Source: Elusimicrobiota bacterium (GTDB taxonomy: Bacteria > Elusimicrobiota > Elusimicrobia > Elusimicrobiales > UBA9959). From it: 64,000 bases of DNA. The stretch is taken from NCBI GenBank assembly GCA_027340875.1, contig DAIENX010000007.1, forward strand, positions 96,001 through 160,000, given 5' to 3'. The translations under genes were made by a program, and so were the position numbers. The notes beneath the pieces were generated by a model, which made no database searches, had not been told where the DNA came from, and was given only the letters and a program-made list of their open reading frames with translations. Position 1 is the first letter of the stretch, and every line of letters begins with the position of its first letter. Below, piece after piece: positions 18,697-28,663 of the stretch.

Positions 18697-19995
18697 ATGC
18701 ATAAACTTTACTACCCGGAAGACAAGCTCCCGCTTTCGCGCCTCGTGCCAATGGGTATGCAGCACGTGGTCGCGATGTTCGGCGCCACGGTGCTGGCCCC
18801 GATACTGATGGGGTTCAACCCGCAGACGGCCATCTTTTTCTCCGGTGTCGGCACGCTGATCTTCATAGCGGCCACCCGCGCCAAGGTCCCGAGCTACCTC
18901 GGCTCCTCCTTCGCTTTTATAGGTCCGGTGCTGGCCGTGACCGGCGGCAGCCCGGCCAACATCCCCTACGCGCTCTCCGGCATAGCCGCGGCCGCGGTGC
19001 TCTACGCTGCGGCCGCGGCCGTCACGATGCGCTGGGGCTCCTCCTGGATAGACAGGTTGATGCCGCCAATAGTCACCGGCGCGGTGGTGGCCATCATCGG
19101 CCTGAACCTTTCCTCGTCGGCGGTCTCCAACTTCATAAACAGCGACTTCGTTCTCGGCGGCCGGGCCGACGCGCTGAACCTGCTGGTCGCCGCCGTGACC
19201 TTCGCCGTGGCGGCCGCGGTCTCGCTGTACCTGCGCGGCTTCCTGCGCCTGCTGCCGATACTGACCGGCGTGGTGGCCGGCTACGCCCTCGCCTTCTTCC
19301 TCGGCCTGATAGGCCTGGAGCAGCTGGCCGCCGTGCGTTCCGCGCCGTGGCTGGGCCTGCCGCCCTTCACCGCGCCGGTGTTCAGCTGGCAGGCCGTGCT
19401 GGTGATAGCCCCTGTCTTCGTGGTGCTGGTGGCCGAGAACAAGGGCCACCTCGAGGCCATAGGCGGCTACATGAAGCGCGACATGAACAAACACCTGGGC
19501 CGCGCCTACCTCGGCGACGCGCTGGCGTCGTTCGTGTCCGCCATGGGCGGCGGCACGCCGCAGACCACCTACGCCGAGAACATGGGCGTGATGGCCATCA
19601 CGCGCGTCTTCAGCGTCTACAATTTCATCGCCGCGGCCTGCATAGCCCTGCTGCTCGGGCTCTGCCCTAAGTTCGGCGCGGTGATACAGTCCATCCCGGC
19701 GCCGGTGCTGGGCGGCGTGACCGTGATACTGTACGGCCTGATAGCGCTGATGGGCGTTAAGATCTGGCTGGACGCCAAGGTGGACTTCTGCTCGCACAAG
19801 AACCTGATAATAGCGGGCTCCTCCATCATCCTCGCCACCGGCCTCGGCGTGAAGGGTTTCACCGTGGCCGGGATAAATATAGCCGGCATAGCCTTCGGCA
19901 CCGTGCTGGCCGTGCTGCTGCACCTGCTGTTCTCGTTCGGCGGCGAGGACCCGCAGGACGACGCCGCATGCGACTGCTCCCCGGAGGTGAAATAG
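18697..19995 (+). CDS. uraA: NCS2 family nucleobase (uracil/xanthine) permease
   Basis: QHVVAMFGATVLAP, YLGSSFAF and TTYAENMGV motifs. Confidence 0.85.
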   Translation: MHKLYYPEDKLPLSRLVPMGMQHVVAMFGATVLAPILMGFNPQTAIFFSGVGTLIFIAATRAKVPSYLGSSFAFIGPVLAVTGGSPANIPYALSGIAAAAVLYAAAAAVTMRWGSSWIDRLMPPIVTGAVVAIIGLNLSSSAVSNFINSDFVLGGRADALNLLVAAVTFAVAAAVSLYLRGFLRLLPILTGVVAGYALAFFLGLIGLEQLAAVRSAPWLGLPPFTAPVFSWQAVLVIAPVFVVLVAENKGHLEAIGGYMKRDMNKHLGRAYLGDALASFVSAMGGGTPQTTYAENMGVMAITRVFSVYNFIAAACIALLLGLCPKFGAVIQSIPAPVLGGVTVILYGLIALMGVKIWLDAKVDFCSHKNLIIAGSSIILATGLGVKGFTVAGINIAGIAFGTVLAVLLHLLFSFGGEDPQDDAACDCSPEVK

Positions 19996-19996
19996 C

Positions 19997-21370
19997 ATGC
20001 CGTCAGGCTTCTTCTCGCTCTACCGTCCCGCCCCGTTCGCCAAGCCGCTCCCGGAAAACGAAGTCCCCGGCGCCTACCGCCGCCTGCGCTGGCAGGTGAT
20101 GCTGTCGATCTTCGCCGGCTATACTTTCTTCTACTTCGTCCGCAACAGCTTCTCGCTGGCCAAACCCTACCTGATAAAGCTTTATGGCATGAGCAAGGGC
20201 GACGTCGGCTTCATCGCCACCGGCCTCGCGGTGGCCTACGGCCTGAGCAAGTTCATAATGGGCAACGTCTCGGACCGCTCCAACCCGCGCTATTTCATGG
20301 CCACCGGGCTGCTGGCCTCCGGCCTGGTCAACCTGATCTTCCCCAGCTTCGCCGGTTCGGTGACGGTTATGTTCGCGCTGTGGTTCGTCAACGGCTGGGC
20401 GCAGGGCATGGGCTGGCCCCCCTGCGCGCGCACGCTGACGCACTGGTTCAGCGACGGGGAGCGCGGCAGGATCTTCGCCGTCTGGAACCTGGCGCACAAC
20501 CTGGGCGGCGGGCTGGTGGGCCCCATAGTGAACGGCGCGCTGGCGCTGGCGGCCGTCATGGCGGCAGGGGCCGCTCTCGGCGGCGGCCTCACGCTGAAGC
20601 TGGTCTTCTACGTGCCGGCGCTGCTGGCCATAGGCATGGGCCTGCTGCTGCTTGTTTTCCTGCGCGACACGCCGCAGTCCTGCGGCCTGCCCTCCATAGA
20701 GGATCACAAGAACGACCACCCCGACACCGGCGTGGCCGATCCGGAGAAGGAGCTGACCGCGCGGGAGATCCTCTTCAATTTCGTCCTGAACAACAAGCCG
20801 CTGTGGATAATAGCCGTGGCCAACATCTTCATCTACGTCGTGCGCTACGGCGTGCTCAACTGGGCGCCCACTTATCTCACCACCGTAAAAGCCTGCCCGG
20901 CCGACACCTCGCGCTGGCTGTTCTTCCTCTATGAAGTGGCGGGCATACCCGGGACGCTGCTGGCCGGCTGGGCGTCGGACCGTCTCTTCGGCGGCCGCCG
21001 CAGCCCGGTCTCGTTCATCTTCATGGTGCTGGTCACAGCCGCCGTCTGGGTGTACTGGAAGAACCCGGCCGGGCATTTCCTGGTGGACTCGGCCTGCCTG
21101 TTCACCATCGGCTTCCTGATCTACGGGCCCGTGATGCTGATAGGCGTAAGCGCGGTGGACCTGGTGCCCAAGAAGGCCGCCGGCACCGCGGCCGGTTTCA
21201 CCGGCTTCTTCGGCTATGTCTTCGGCGCCGTCATCGCCGAGCTGGGGCTCGGGAAGATAGTGGACCGCTGGGGCTGGGACGGCGGCTTCGCGCTGCTGCT
21301 GGCCGCCTGCGTCATCTCTATGGCGCTGTTCGCGGCCACCTGGAAGATGCACCACAAGGCGGACAGGTAG
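19997..21370 (+). CDS. glpT: Glycerol-3-phosphate:Pi antiporter (OPA/MFS)
   Basis: SDRSNPRYF, QGMGWPPC, WNLAHNLGGG, RDTPQSCGLP, YGPVMLIG and PKKAAGTAAGFTG motifs. Confidence 0.85.
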   Translation: MPSGFFSLYRPAPFAKPLPENEVPGAYRRLRWQVMLSIFAGYTFFYFVRNSFSLAKPYLIKLYGMSKGDVGFIATGLAVAYGLSKFIMGNVSDRSNPRYFMATGLLASGLVNLIFPSFAGSVTVMFALWFVNGWAQGMGWPPCARTLTHWFSDGERGRIFAVWNLAHNLGGGLVGPIVNGALALAAVMAAGAALGGGLTLKLVFYVPALLAIGMGLLLLVFLRDTPQSCGLPSIEDHKNDHPDTGVADPEKELTAREILFNFVLNNKPLWIIAVANIFIYVVRYGVLNWAPTYLTTVKACPADTSRWLFFLYEVAGIPGTLLAGWASDRLFGGRRSPVSFIFMVLVTAAVWVYWKNPAGHFLVDSACLFTIGFLIYGPVMLIGVSAVDLVPKKAAGTAAGFTGFFGYVFGAVIAELGLGKIVDRWGWDGGFALLLAACVISMALFAATWKMHHKADR

Positions 21371-21372
21371 CC

Positions 21373-22110
21373 ATGACCCACCTGCTGCTCTGCTGCGCGG
21401 CGGCGCTGCTCTCCGCGCTCCCCGCCGCGGCTGCCGGGCAGGCCGCCGTACATTTCAAAACGTCCGACGGCTGCTCCCTAGAGGCTTTTTACCTGGCCCC
21501 CTCCAGCGGCGCTTACGTTTTCGTCAACGTGCACGGCCTCGGCTCCGACAAGAACGAATGGGCCCCGTTCCAGAAGGAACTGGAGAAACGGGGCATTGGC
21601 TATTTGTCGCTGGACCTGCGGGGCCACGGGAAGAGCAGGGCTTGCCGGGGAAAGGCCGCCGACTACAGGAATTTCTCGGCTGAGGATTGGGCGGCCGCTT
21701 CCAAGGATATCGAGGCGGCCTCCGCCTGGCTTGAGAAAAAAGGCCTGCCGGCCGGCCGCCAGATATTCTGCGGCGCCAGCGTAGGCGCCAACCTGGCGTT
21801 GAAAGCCGCGGCCGAGGGAAAGACGAAGCCTGCGGCGCTGGTGCTGCTGTCGGCGGGGCTGGAGTACGCCGGCGTCAGGGCCGACGCTTATCTGCCGCGC
21901 GCGCCGAAGCGCGTGCTGCTGCTGGCCTCCGAGAACGATCCCTACGCCTGGCGCAGCGCGCTGCTGTTCAGCGAGCGGGCCGGCGGATACGGGCTGAAGC
22001 TTTCCGCGCTGGACGGCGGCGCCGGACACGGCGTGAACATGTTCAAGACCCCGGGGGTCGCGGAAAAGGTCATAGACTGGGCCAAGAGCACGGAGACCGC
22101 GCAACGATGA
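21373..22110 (+). CDS. Secreted alpha/beta hydrolase
   Basis: Signal peptide, VHGLG, DLRGHGKS, nucleophile elbow GASVG, GHG. Confidence 0.85.
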   Translation: MTHLLLCCAAALLSALPAAAAGQAAVHFKTSDGCSLEAFYLAPSSGAYVFVNVHGLGSDKNEWAPFQKELEKRGIGYLSLDLRGHGKSRACRGKAADYRNFSAEDWAAASKDIEAASAWLEKKGLPAGRQIFCGASVGANLALKAAAEGKTKPAALVLLSAGLEYAGVRADAYLPRAPKRVLLLASENDPYAWRSALLFSERAGGYGLKLSALDGGAGHGVNMFKTPGVAEKVIDWAKSTETAQR

Positions 22111-22964
22111 AAGAGAACAAGCACATAGGTAGGGACCTTGAGGACCCGGAGCGTCGCTTCGACCGCCTGACCCGCCTGGTGGGGCCGGAGGCGCTGCAGA
22201 AGCTGCGCCGCTCCCACGTGATGGTGATCGGGCTGGGGGGCGTAGGCTCCTGGGCCGCAGAGGGCGTGACGCGCTCCGCCGTCGGCCGCGTCACGGTGAT
22301 AGATTTCGACACCGTCTGCATCAGGAACTTCAACAGGCAGCTCCAGGCCCTGAGCGGCACCGTGGGCAGGGAGAAGGCCCCGCTCCTGGCCGAGCGCCTG
22401 CGCCTGGTAAACCCGGAGGCCAGGATAGACGCCATAACCAAGCCTTTCAGCGAGGAGACCTGCGGGGAGCTGATGCTGGAGCGGCCGGACTTCGTGATAG
22501 ACGCCATCGACCACATCACCTCCAAGTGCTACCTGATAAACTACTGCCGCGAGCGCGGCATACCGCTGATAGTTTCCACCGGCTCCGGCGGCCGCTTCGA
22601 CCCCACGAAGGTGCGCGTGACGGACCTGGGGCTCACCGAGCTGGATCCACTGGCCCGCGCCGTGCGCAAGATCCTGCGCGACAAGTACTCCTTCCCCAGG
22701 AAGGGGAAGTTCGGAGTGAGGGCCGTCTGCACGATAGAGCCGCCGCGCCGACCGCACGAAGGCGTGGAACTGTCCGACTGCAAGGCCGGCTGCCTCTGCC
22801 CGCAGGGCGAGAACCCGTTCCAGTGCTGCACCAAGAAGAGCGTGGTGCTGGGCACGGCCTGTTTCCTAACCTCGGTGTTCGGGATGACCTGCGCCGCGGA
22901 AGCGGTCAGGCATATCTGCGAGGGTCCGGCCAAGCCGGAGCCCCCGGCCTCTCACCTGGTCTAG
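22107..22964 (+). CDS. tcdA: tRNA threonylcarbamoyladenosine dehydratase (ThiF family)
   Basis: GLGGVGSWAAE, NFNRQ, IDAID..KC.LI and DPLARAVRK motifs. Confidence 0.85.
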   Translation: MKENKHIGRDLEDPERRFDRLTRLVGPEALQKLRRSHVMVIGLGGVGSWAAEGVTRSAVGRVTVIDFDTVCIRNFNRQLQALSGTVGREKAPLLAERLRLVNPEARIDAITKPFSEETCGELMLERPDFVIDAIDHITSKCYLINYCRERGIPLIVSTGSGGRFDPTKVRVTDLGLTELDPLARAVRKILRDKYSFPRKGKFGVRAVCTIEPPRRPHEGVELSDCKAGCLCPQGENPFQCCTKKSVVLGTACFLTSVFGMTCAAEAVRHICEGPAKPEPPASHLV

Positions 22965-22968
22965 AAGT

Positions 22969-23712
22969 TCAGCGCTTTCCGGAAAGGAACCTGGCGGCAT
23001 TGGCGACGGAGAGTTCCGCCATGTCTTCGGCGGAGCGCCCCAGTACCGCGGCCGATATCTCCACCACCTCCGCCACCCCGGCCGGCCCCGACCGCCAGCC
23101 GGGAGCGTCGCCTTCCGGAGACTCGGTCTCGAAGAGCAGCCTCTCGGGCGGCACCGCCGCCAGGGCCGCCTTCAGCTTCTCTCGCCTGGGGTCCTTCAGC
23201 TCCCCGCCGAAGGAAAAATACCCGCCGAGCTCCGCGAAGGCCTTCACAATCTCTGGCGAGCCCCCGTAGGCGTGCAGCATGAAACACGACAGCCCGGCAG
23301 CGCTCAGCAGCTCCAGCAACCGCCCCCAGCTTTTGACGCAGTGGATCACCGCCGGGCGGCCGAACTGTCGGGCCAGCTCCAGCTGGGCCAGGAAGTCCCT
23401 CTCCTGCCCAGCCGCGCCCTTCGCCCCGTCCAGGCCTATTTCTCCCACGCAGGCGGCCGGCACCCTGCGCAGGAACTCCTCCAGGCGGTACTGCCAGCCA
23501 TCCTCGGCGCTGAACCACGGGTGGAGGCCGAAGGCCGGGACCACTCCCGGATATCTGCCGGACAGCTCGAGCACCTTGCCCCAGTCCTCCGGGCTGGTGC
23601 CGCAGCAGAGCATGCCGGCAACGCCCGCCGAGGAGGCCGCCGCCATGGCCGCGGCCTCCTCGGCGTCGGCGGCGTAGTTCTGCAGGTGGTTGTGGGCGTC
23701 GAAGTACTTCAT
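22969..23712 (-). CDS. TatD family hydrolase
   Basis: DAHNH, FGLHPW, VGEIGLD, IHCVK and LLFETESP motifs. Confidence 0.88.
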   Translation of the reverse strand: MKYFDAHNHLQNYAADAEEAAAMAAASSAGVAGMLCCGTSPEDWGKVLELSGRYPGVVPAFGLHPWFSAEDGWQYRLEEFLRRVPAACVGEIGLDGAKGAAGQERDFLAQLELARQFGRPAVIHCVKSWGRLLELLSAAGLSCFMLHAYGGSPEIVKAFAELGGYFSFGGELKDPRREKLKAALAAVPPERLLFETESPEGDAPGWRSGPAGVAEVVEISAAVLGRSAEDMAELSVANAARFLSGKR

Positions 23713-24854
23713 TTCTTCCCCTGCTTCGTATAGCCGAAGTACATATTGATCTTTCCGGATATGCCGGGGGCGGGCTTGAAGGAATGCTCCCTGGGGTATT
23801 CCATCGCCGGACTGATCTCGCCGAACATCCAGCCGTTGTAAAGGTTGCGCCGGTAGGCCAGCACCACGGCGTAGAGCTCGGCCCTGTTGTACGGCACCGT
23901 GACCGAATGCAGCTGCAGGGCCAGTCCGACGGAATCCAGCCTGCCCACCTGCTTCACCACGGCCACCGACTCGAAGATGTCGATCTTCCTGGCCAGCGTG
24001 GTCTTCTCCGCGCTGGAGTTTATCGAGAGGGTCGCCCTCCTGGGAAGGGCGCGGGAGAAATAAACGCCTCCGGAAAGTTCCAGCCACGGGTCGGAGAACC
24101 AGCCGGCCTGCGTGAACACTATCGAGCGCCAGGCGCCCCAGAAATCGGCCTGCGCGCCAACCCGGAACTTGGCGAAGATCCTGTAGATCCGGCTTCTGGA
24201 GAGCATGAGCCTGCTACCCACGTGCAGGTCCTGCCTGAAGTGGCGGCCGGAGAACAGGCTGTACTTGCCGCCCAGCGTAGTGCCCTCGGAAGGGGTCTGG
24301 CCGCGCGCTATGCGCTCCTCGGAGGCCGACACAGAACCGTCCTCCGCCGGGGCGTGCTCTATGATCAGCTTGAGCCTGTGCAGGGTACTGGGCATATCTA
24401 TGCGCATGTCTGCCCGCGGCTCGTTCTTCAGCGGCATGTAGCGCCCCACCACCGACCTAAAGCTCAGATTCATGGAGGTTTTGTTAGCGGAAGTCGCCTC
24501 CTGGCCGGAGATCAGTTTGTCTATGCCGGTGAAAAGGGAATTGAAGATCGACAGCCCCGGGCTGACCTCGTCGAGGAACAGCACCGGCCGGTGCGTATCG
24601 CTGGAAAGCTCAACTTCCGCCGGGACGGTGGAAACTTCGAGTCCGGACGGCGCTCCCGAAGAAAGCGCCGGCGCCGCCGGCGCCGGAAGGTCCTCCAGCC
24701 CGGCGCCAGACACGGAGACGGTGGAGATCTCCGCGGTCGAAGCGGCGTCTCCGGGAAAGGCCTCGTCCCGGGCCCTCGCCGGTCCGGGCAGGACGGCGGC
24801 CAGCAGCGCGGTCAGCGCTAAGAGCGTCGCATGGTTAGGGCGGGATCCTTTCAT
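23709..24854 (-). CDS. Hypothetical exported, probably outer membrane beta-barrel protein
   Basis: Signal peptide and alternating amphipathic strands in the C-terminal half; overlaps both neighbours. Confidence 0.6.
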   Translation of the reverse strand: MKGSRPNHATLLALTALLAAVLPGPARARDEAFPGDAASTAEISTVSVSGAGLEDLPAPAAPALSSGAPSGLEVSTVPAEVELSSDTHRPVLFLDEVSPGLSIFNSLFTGIDKLISGQEATSANKTSMNLSFRSVVGRYMPLKNEPRADMRIDMPSTLHRLKLIIEHAPAEDGSVSASEERIARGQTPSEGTTLGGKYSLFSGRHFRQDLHVGSRLMLSRSRIYRIFAKFRVGAQADFWGAWRSIVFTQAGWFSDPWLELSGGVYFSRALPRRATLSINSSAEKTTLARKIDIFESVAVVKQVGRLDSVGLALQLHSVTVPYNRAELYAVVLAYRRNLYNGWMFGEISPAMEYPREHSFKPAPGISGKINMYFGYTKQGKK

Positions 24855-27424
24855 CAGTCCACGGTTATGGATTTGCTGACGTTCTTGGGCGAGTCGGGGT
24901 GCACGCCGTGGTCCTGTATGCCGAGGCGGTCCAGGAAGTCCATCTTGCGCACGCTCATCTCCATCGCCAGCAGCTGCAGCGCCACCGACGACGTGAAGAA
25001 CACCAGCAGGTCGTCTCCGGTCCTGGGCAGCGCCACGTAGCCGTGGCGGTAGGTCTTGGAGTACATGGAAGGCACGCTCTTCTGCGCGGCCTCGCGCAGC
25101 AGCCTGTCCTCCTCGGCCAGCACGTAAATATTGGCGCCGCGTATCTTGTGCGTGTTTATCTGCGAGATGGTCAGGTTCACGTCGCGCGAGTTGGGACCGG
25201 TGACGAACACCAACGGGTAGTTCGTGTACATGCTCTCGAAGAAGTTGTGCTTTTTGAAGATATCGGAGAACAGCTCCGCCTCGGCCAGACTGAGGCCGGC
25301 CGGCTTGCGGTCGAAGAAGGCGTAGCCGGAAACGGCGTGGAAGACGCGGGACAGGCTTTCCGGAGCCAGGCTCTTGCCGCCGCGGCCCACGGCGTACTTT
25401 ATCATGTCGGCGAACTTGTCGGTCAGGGCGCCCACGCCCTCCATGCCGAAGATCGTGTTCACTCCGAGTATGGTATTGGGGCCGTGCTTGAACTCCGGGG
25501 ACTCGAAGCCCTCGGTGTGGTTGAGCACAACCTCGCGCACCTTGAGGGCGCCCTCTCGCGCTATGCCCTGCATGCCGGTGGCAAGAATATGCACGCTGGG
25601 CTCCAGATAGAGGTCCTGGGCGGCCTGCTGCACGGCGTCGCGCGTGTTGTTGATGGTCTCCTCTATCAGCTCCGGCACCCGGTAGAGGTTGTCGGCGTAC
25701 TTCCTCAGCCCGGACGAGCGCGCCATGTCCCGGTCCTCCGCGGCCAGCCTCTCGCCCAGCCGGAGGGCCAGTAGGTAGAGGATAAGCAGCTGGTTGACGA
25801 AACTCTTCGTAGCGGGCACGGCTATCTCCGGGCCGCAGTAAAGCGGGATGCAGACATCCGATTTCTCCAGCGCTATCGTGGAGTTGACGTTGTTCACTAT
25901 GTTCAGGAACGAGACCTTCCGGCCCGAGGCCTTCACCTGGTTGAGCACGTCTATCAGGTCCTTTGTCTCGCCGCTCTGGCTGATGCCGATGACGACGTCC
26001 CCGTCGCGCACGGAGCTAAGGCACTGCGCGCGGAAATCCCCCGGCAGGCAGGCCGTGACGGCCGTGCCCGCCATGCGGTTAAAGAAAACGGCAGCGCACC
26101 GGGCCGCGTTGTACGAGGTGCCACAGGCCACGAAATAGGCGGCGCGCCCTTTCCTCCGGCAGGAGGCGAGCCGCGCGCAGAACTCCCGTACCCGGGAGCG
26201 GATGTCCTCTATTTCGTCCACCATGAACAGGGCGTCAGCGAACTTTATCGATTGGCCGCATTCGGCGGAGCCGCACAGGGAGCGCAGCTCCACGAAGAAG
26301 TCCGCCATCGAGGACTCCGGCGCCATGGAGGCCAGCGGCAGGCGGCAGGCACGGGCATACTCGAGGGCTTTCTTCATAGACCGGCAGCCGAAGAAGGAAG
26401 CGGCCTCTTTCTTGAAGACAGCCGCGTCCGTGATGGCGGCCAGCCGCGTCACGCGGGACTTCAGGTCCTTAACGAAGGGCTTGTCCTTGCGGGCGGCCTG
26501 GCGGGCCAGATCGGTGAGCGGGGAGCGGTCGGCGAAATAGGCCAGGACCTTGGAGGCCGCGGCGGACTCGCTGAAGATCTCCTGCTCCATGAAATAACGG
26601 AACGGCTTCCGGAGGCCGGTCTCCTCGACGCGCAGGTGACTGCGCAGTTTTTCCTTCTTGATGGGCCGGCCGGTGCGCAGGCTGAAGAACTCCGCCTTCT
26701 GCGGCGTGTACAGCGCGAACTCGTCCTCCTTGATGGGGTAGAGCATCTTGGTCATCGACAGCACGCTCGCGAGGTCCGACGAGGCTATTGTGAACGGGCC
26801 GTGCGCGTCGTCCACGCCGGCGCCCATGTAGAGGCTGCTGCCGGCCTTTATGCAGGCCATCAGCTCGGTGACCGGGTCCACCACCACGGCGGCGAAGGAA
26901 CCCGTGGTCTTTTTGGCCGCGGCGAGTATCGCTTTCTTCAGCGCGTCGTGGCGGGCCTTCCTGTTCCTGTGGTCCTTGAGCCTTTTAAGCTCTATCGCGA
27001 AATAATGCTCCACGGTGTGCACCAGCATCTCGCCGTCGTTGTCGCTCTTCACGTCGTGGCCGGTGGAGACCAGCCATTCCTTCAGCTGGTCGCAGTTGGT
27101 GATGTTGCCGTTATGGGCGCCGTAGAGATGGGTGTGGCAGCGCGCGTCGTGCGGCTGGGCGTTCTCCTTCGTGACCACTCCGAACGTGGCCCAGCGCACC
27201 TGGCCGCAGAAGAGCTTTCCGGAGAGGCGGTCTATGCCCAGCTTCCTGGTTATTACACTGGGCGCGCCCACGTCCTTCTTGAGCGTGACGCGGCCGGCGG
27301 AATCCTGTATCAGCGCGCCGGTGGAGTCGTAGCCGCGGTACTCCAGCATCCGCAGCAGGCGCGAAGCCTCCACCCCGAGGTCTTCCCTGTCCTTAGCGCA
27401 AGTTAAGCCTATCACTCCGCACAT
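24854..27424 (-). CDS. glmS: Glutamine-fructose-6-phosphate transaminase, elongated variant (856 aa)
   Basis: MCG start, EYRGYDS, RWAT, HNG, SQSGETKD, GPEIAVPATKSF, EGALK, EFKHGP and PKNVSKSITVD motifs. Confidence 0.88.
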   Translation of the reverse strand: MCGVIGLTCAKDREDLGVEASRLLRMLEYRGYDSTGALIQDSAGRVTLKKDVGAPSVITRKLGIDRLSGKLFCGQVRWATFGVVTKENAQPHDARCHTHLYGAHNGNITNCDQLKEWLVSTGHDVKSDNDGEMLVHTVEHYFAIELKRLKDHRNRKARHDALKKAILAAAKKTTGSFAAVVVDPVTELMACIKAGSSLYMGAGVDDAHGPFTIASSDLASVLSMTKMLYPIKEDEFALYTPQKAEFFSLRTGRPIKKEKLRSHLRVEETGLRKPFRYFMEQEIFSESAAASKVLAYFADRSPLTDLARQAARKDKPFVKDLKSRVTRLAAITDAAVFKKEAASFFGCRSMKKALEYARACRLPLASMAPESSMADFFVELRSLCGSAECGQSIKFADALFMVDEIEDIRSRVREFCARLASCRRKGRAAYFVACGTSYNAARCAAVFFNRMAGTAVTACLPGDFRAQCLSSVRDGDVVIGISQSGETKDLIDVLNQVKASGRKVSFLNIVNNVNSTIALEKSDVCIPLYCGPEIAVPATKSFVNQLLILYLLALRLGERLAAEDRDMARSSGLRKYADNLYRVPELIEETINNTRDAVQQAAQDLYLEPSVHILATGMQGIAREGALKVREVVLNHTEGFESPEFKHGPNTILGVNTIFGMEGVGALTDKFADMIKYAVGRGGKSLAPESLSRVFHAVSGYAFFDRKPAGLSLAEAELFSDIFKKHNFFESMYTNYPLVFVTGPNSRDVNLTISQINTHKIRGANIYVLAEEDRLLREAAQKSVPSMYSKTYRHGYVALPRTGDDLLVFFTSSVALQLLAMEMSVRKMDFLDRLGIQDHGVHPDSPKNVSKSITVD

Positions 27425-27548
27425 GCAAGCACCTCGCCCTCAGATTGACGACAATAAATAATAGCATTATCCTCGCGCCAGGTGCCCCCGGGATAATTTG
27501 TTAATATCTTATTTAGTTCTTTCAGGGATCGCGTGGGCACACGCCAGC

Positions 27549-27697
27549 GGGCGACGCGGGGACCGGGTTAGCAAAACCTTCATGCGTGGAGCGAAGCGAC
27601 ACTTTCTTGCGCGAGGCTTGCACCGCGCCGAGCCCGAATGATGAGCGAGGCCACGGTGTGGCCGAACGCGTTTTGCGTTCCGGTCCACGTGGCGCCC
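27549..27697 (+). repeat. Structured palindromic intergenic element, copy C
   Basis: CGACGCGGGGACCGGGTTAGCAAAACC...GGCCACGGTGTGGCCGA...GTTTTGCGTTCCG aligns with the reverse complement of 3835-3965. Confidence 0.75.
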
Positions 27698-27765
27698 CGG
27701 AGACAAACCCCGATTGCCCGCGTTAAACCCGGAAGCGCCGTCTTATTATTCTTACCGGAGGGAAC

Positions 27766-28638
27766 ATGAAGAGACTTCTTTTCGTAGTTATCGCCTGCGC
27801 GGCGTCCTCGGCCTCGGCGGCGGGCCCGCTGGTGCACGGTCACCGCGGCAGCCGCGGCACCGTGCCGGAGAACACTATACCGGCCTTCGAGGCCGCCCTG
27901 ATGGCCGGGGCCGACGTGCTGGAGATGGACATGAACGTCACCAAGGACGACGTCATCGTGATCTCCCACGAACCCAACGTCACTCCGGAGCGCTGCACGG
28001 GACCGGAAGGCGCGAAGCTGGAAAAGCCAGTGCCCATCCGCTCGCTAACGCTGGATGAGCTCAAGAAATACGACTGCGGCGCGCTGCAGAACCCCAGATT
28101 CCCGCGCCAGATACCGGTGCCAGGCACGCCCATGCCCACTTTGGACGAGGTCTTCTCTATGGTGGAGAAGTCCGGCTACGAGACCGCGCCGAAGGCCGAG
28201 TTCAACATAGAGACCAAGATCTTCCCCTGGGCCCCGGAGCTCTCCCCCGCCCCCGCCAAGTTCGCCGAGCTGGTGGTCAAGGAAGTCAGAAAGCACCGCA
28301 TGGAGAAGCGCGTGATAGTGCAGTCCTTCGACGTGCGCACGCTGCGCGAGATAAAGAAGCAGGCGCCGCAGATCCGGACCTCGCAGCTCACCGGCGAGGA
28401 CCTGCTAAACATCGTGCCGGCCCTGAAGGCCGACAGGACCGACATCTGGAGCCCGAACATGTCGTGGGTGACGGCCGAGGCCGTGAAGGAAGCTCACGCC
28501 GCAGGCATACTGGTGGCTCCGTGGACCGTGAACGATCCAAAGATATGGGACCTGGCCATCGCCGCGGGCGTGGACGCCATCATCACCGACTATCCCGCCG
28601 ACCTGGTGGACTACCTGCAGGCCAAGAAGCTGCGCTGA
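27766..28638 (+). CDS. glpQ: Glycerophosphodiester phosphodiesterase
   Basis: Signal peptide; GHRG..PENT, LEMD, NIETK, QSFD, WTVND and IITDYP motifs. Confidence 0.9.
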   Translation: MKRLLFVVIACAASSASAAGPLVHGHRGSRGTVPENTIPAFEAALMAGADVLEMDMNVTKDDVIVISHEPNVTPERCTGPEGAKLEKPVPIRSLTLDELKKYDCGALQNPRFPRQIPVPGTPMPTLDEVFSMVEKSGYETAPKAEFNIETKIFPWAPELSPAPAKFAELVVKEVRKHRMEKRVIVQSFDVRTLREIKKQAPQIRTSQLTGEDLLNIVPALKADRTDIWSPNMSWVTAEAVKEAHAAGILVAPWTVNDPKIWDLAIAAGVDAIITDYPADLVDYLQAKKLR

Positions 28639-28663
28639 CCCTGAGAAGGCAGGATTTTTTTGG

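Noticed and set aside
27425..27765. Possible glmS ribozyme upstream of glmS
   Set aside because: I could not find the ribozyme core on the minus strand. The structured sequence here is copy C of the repeat family.
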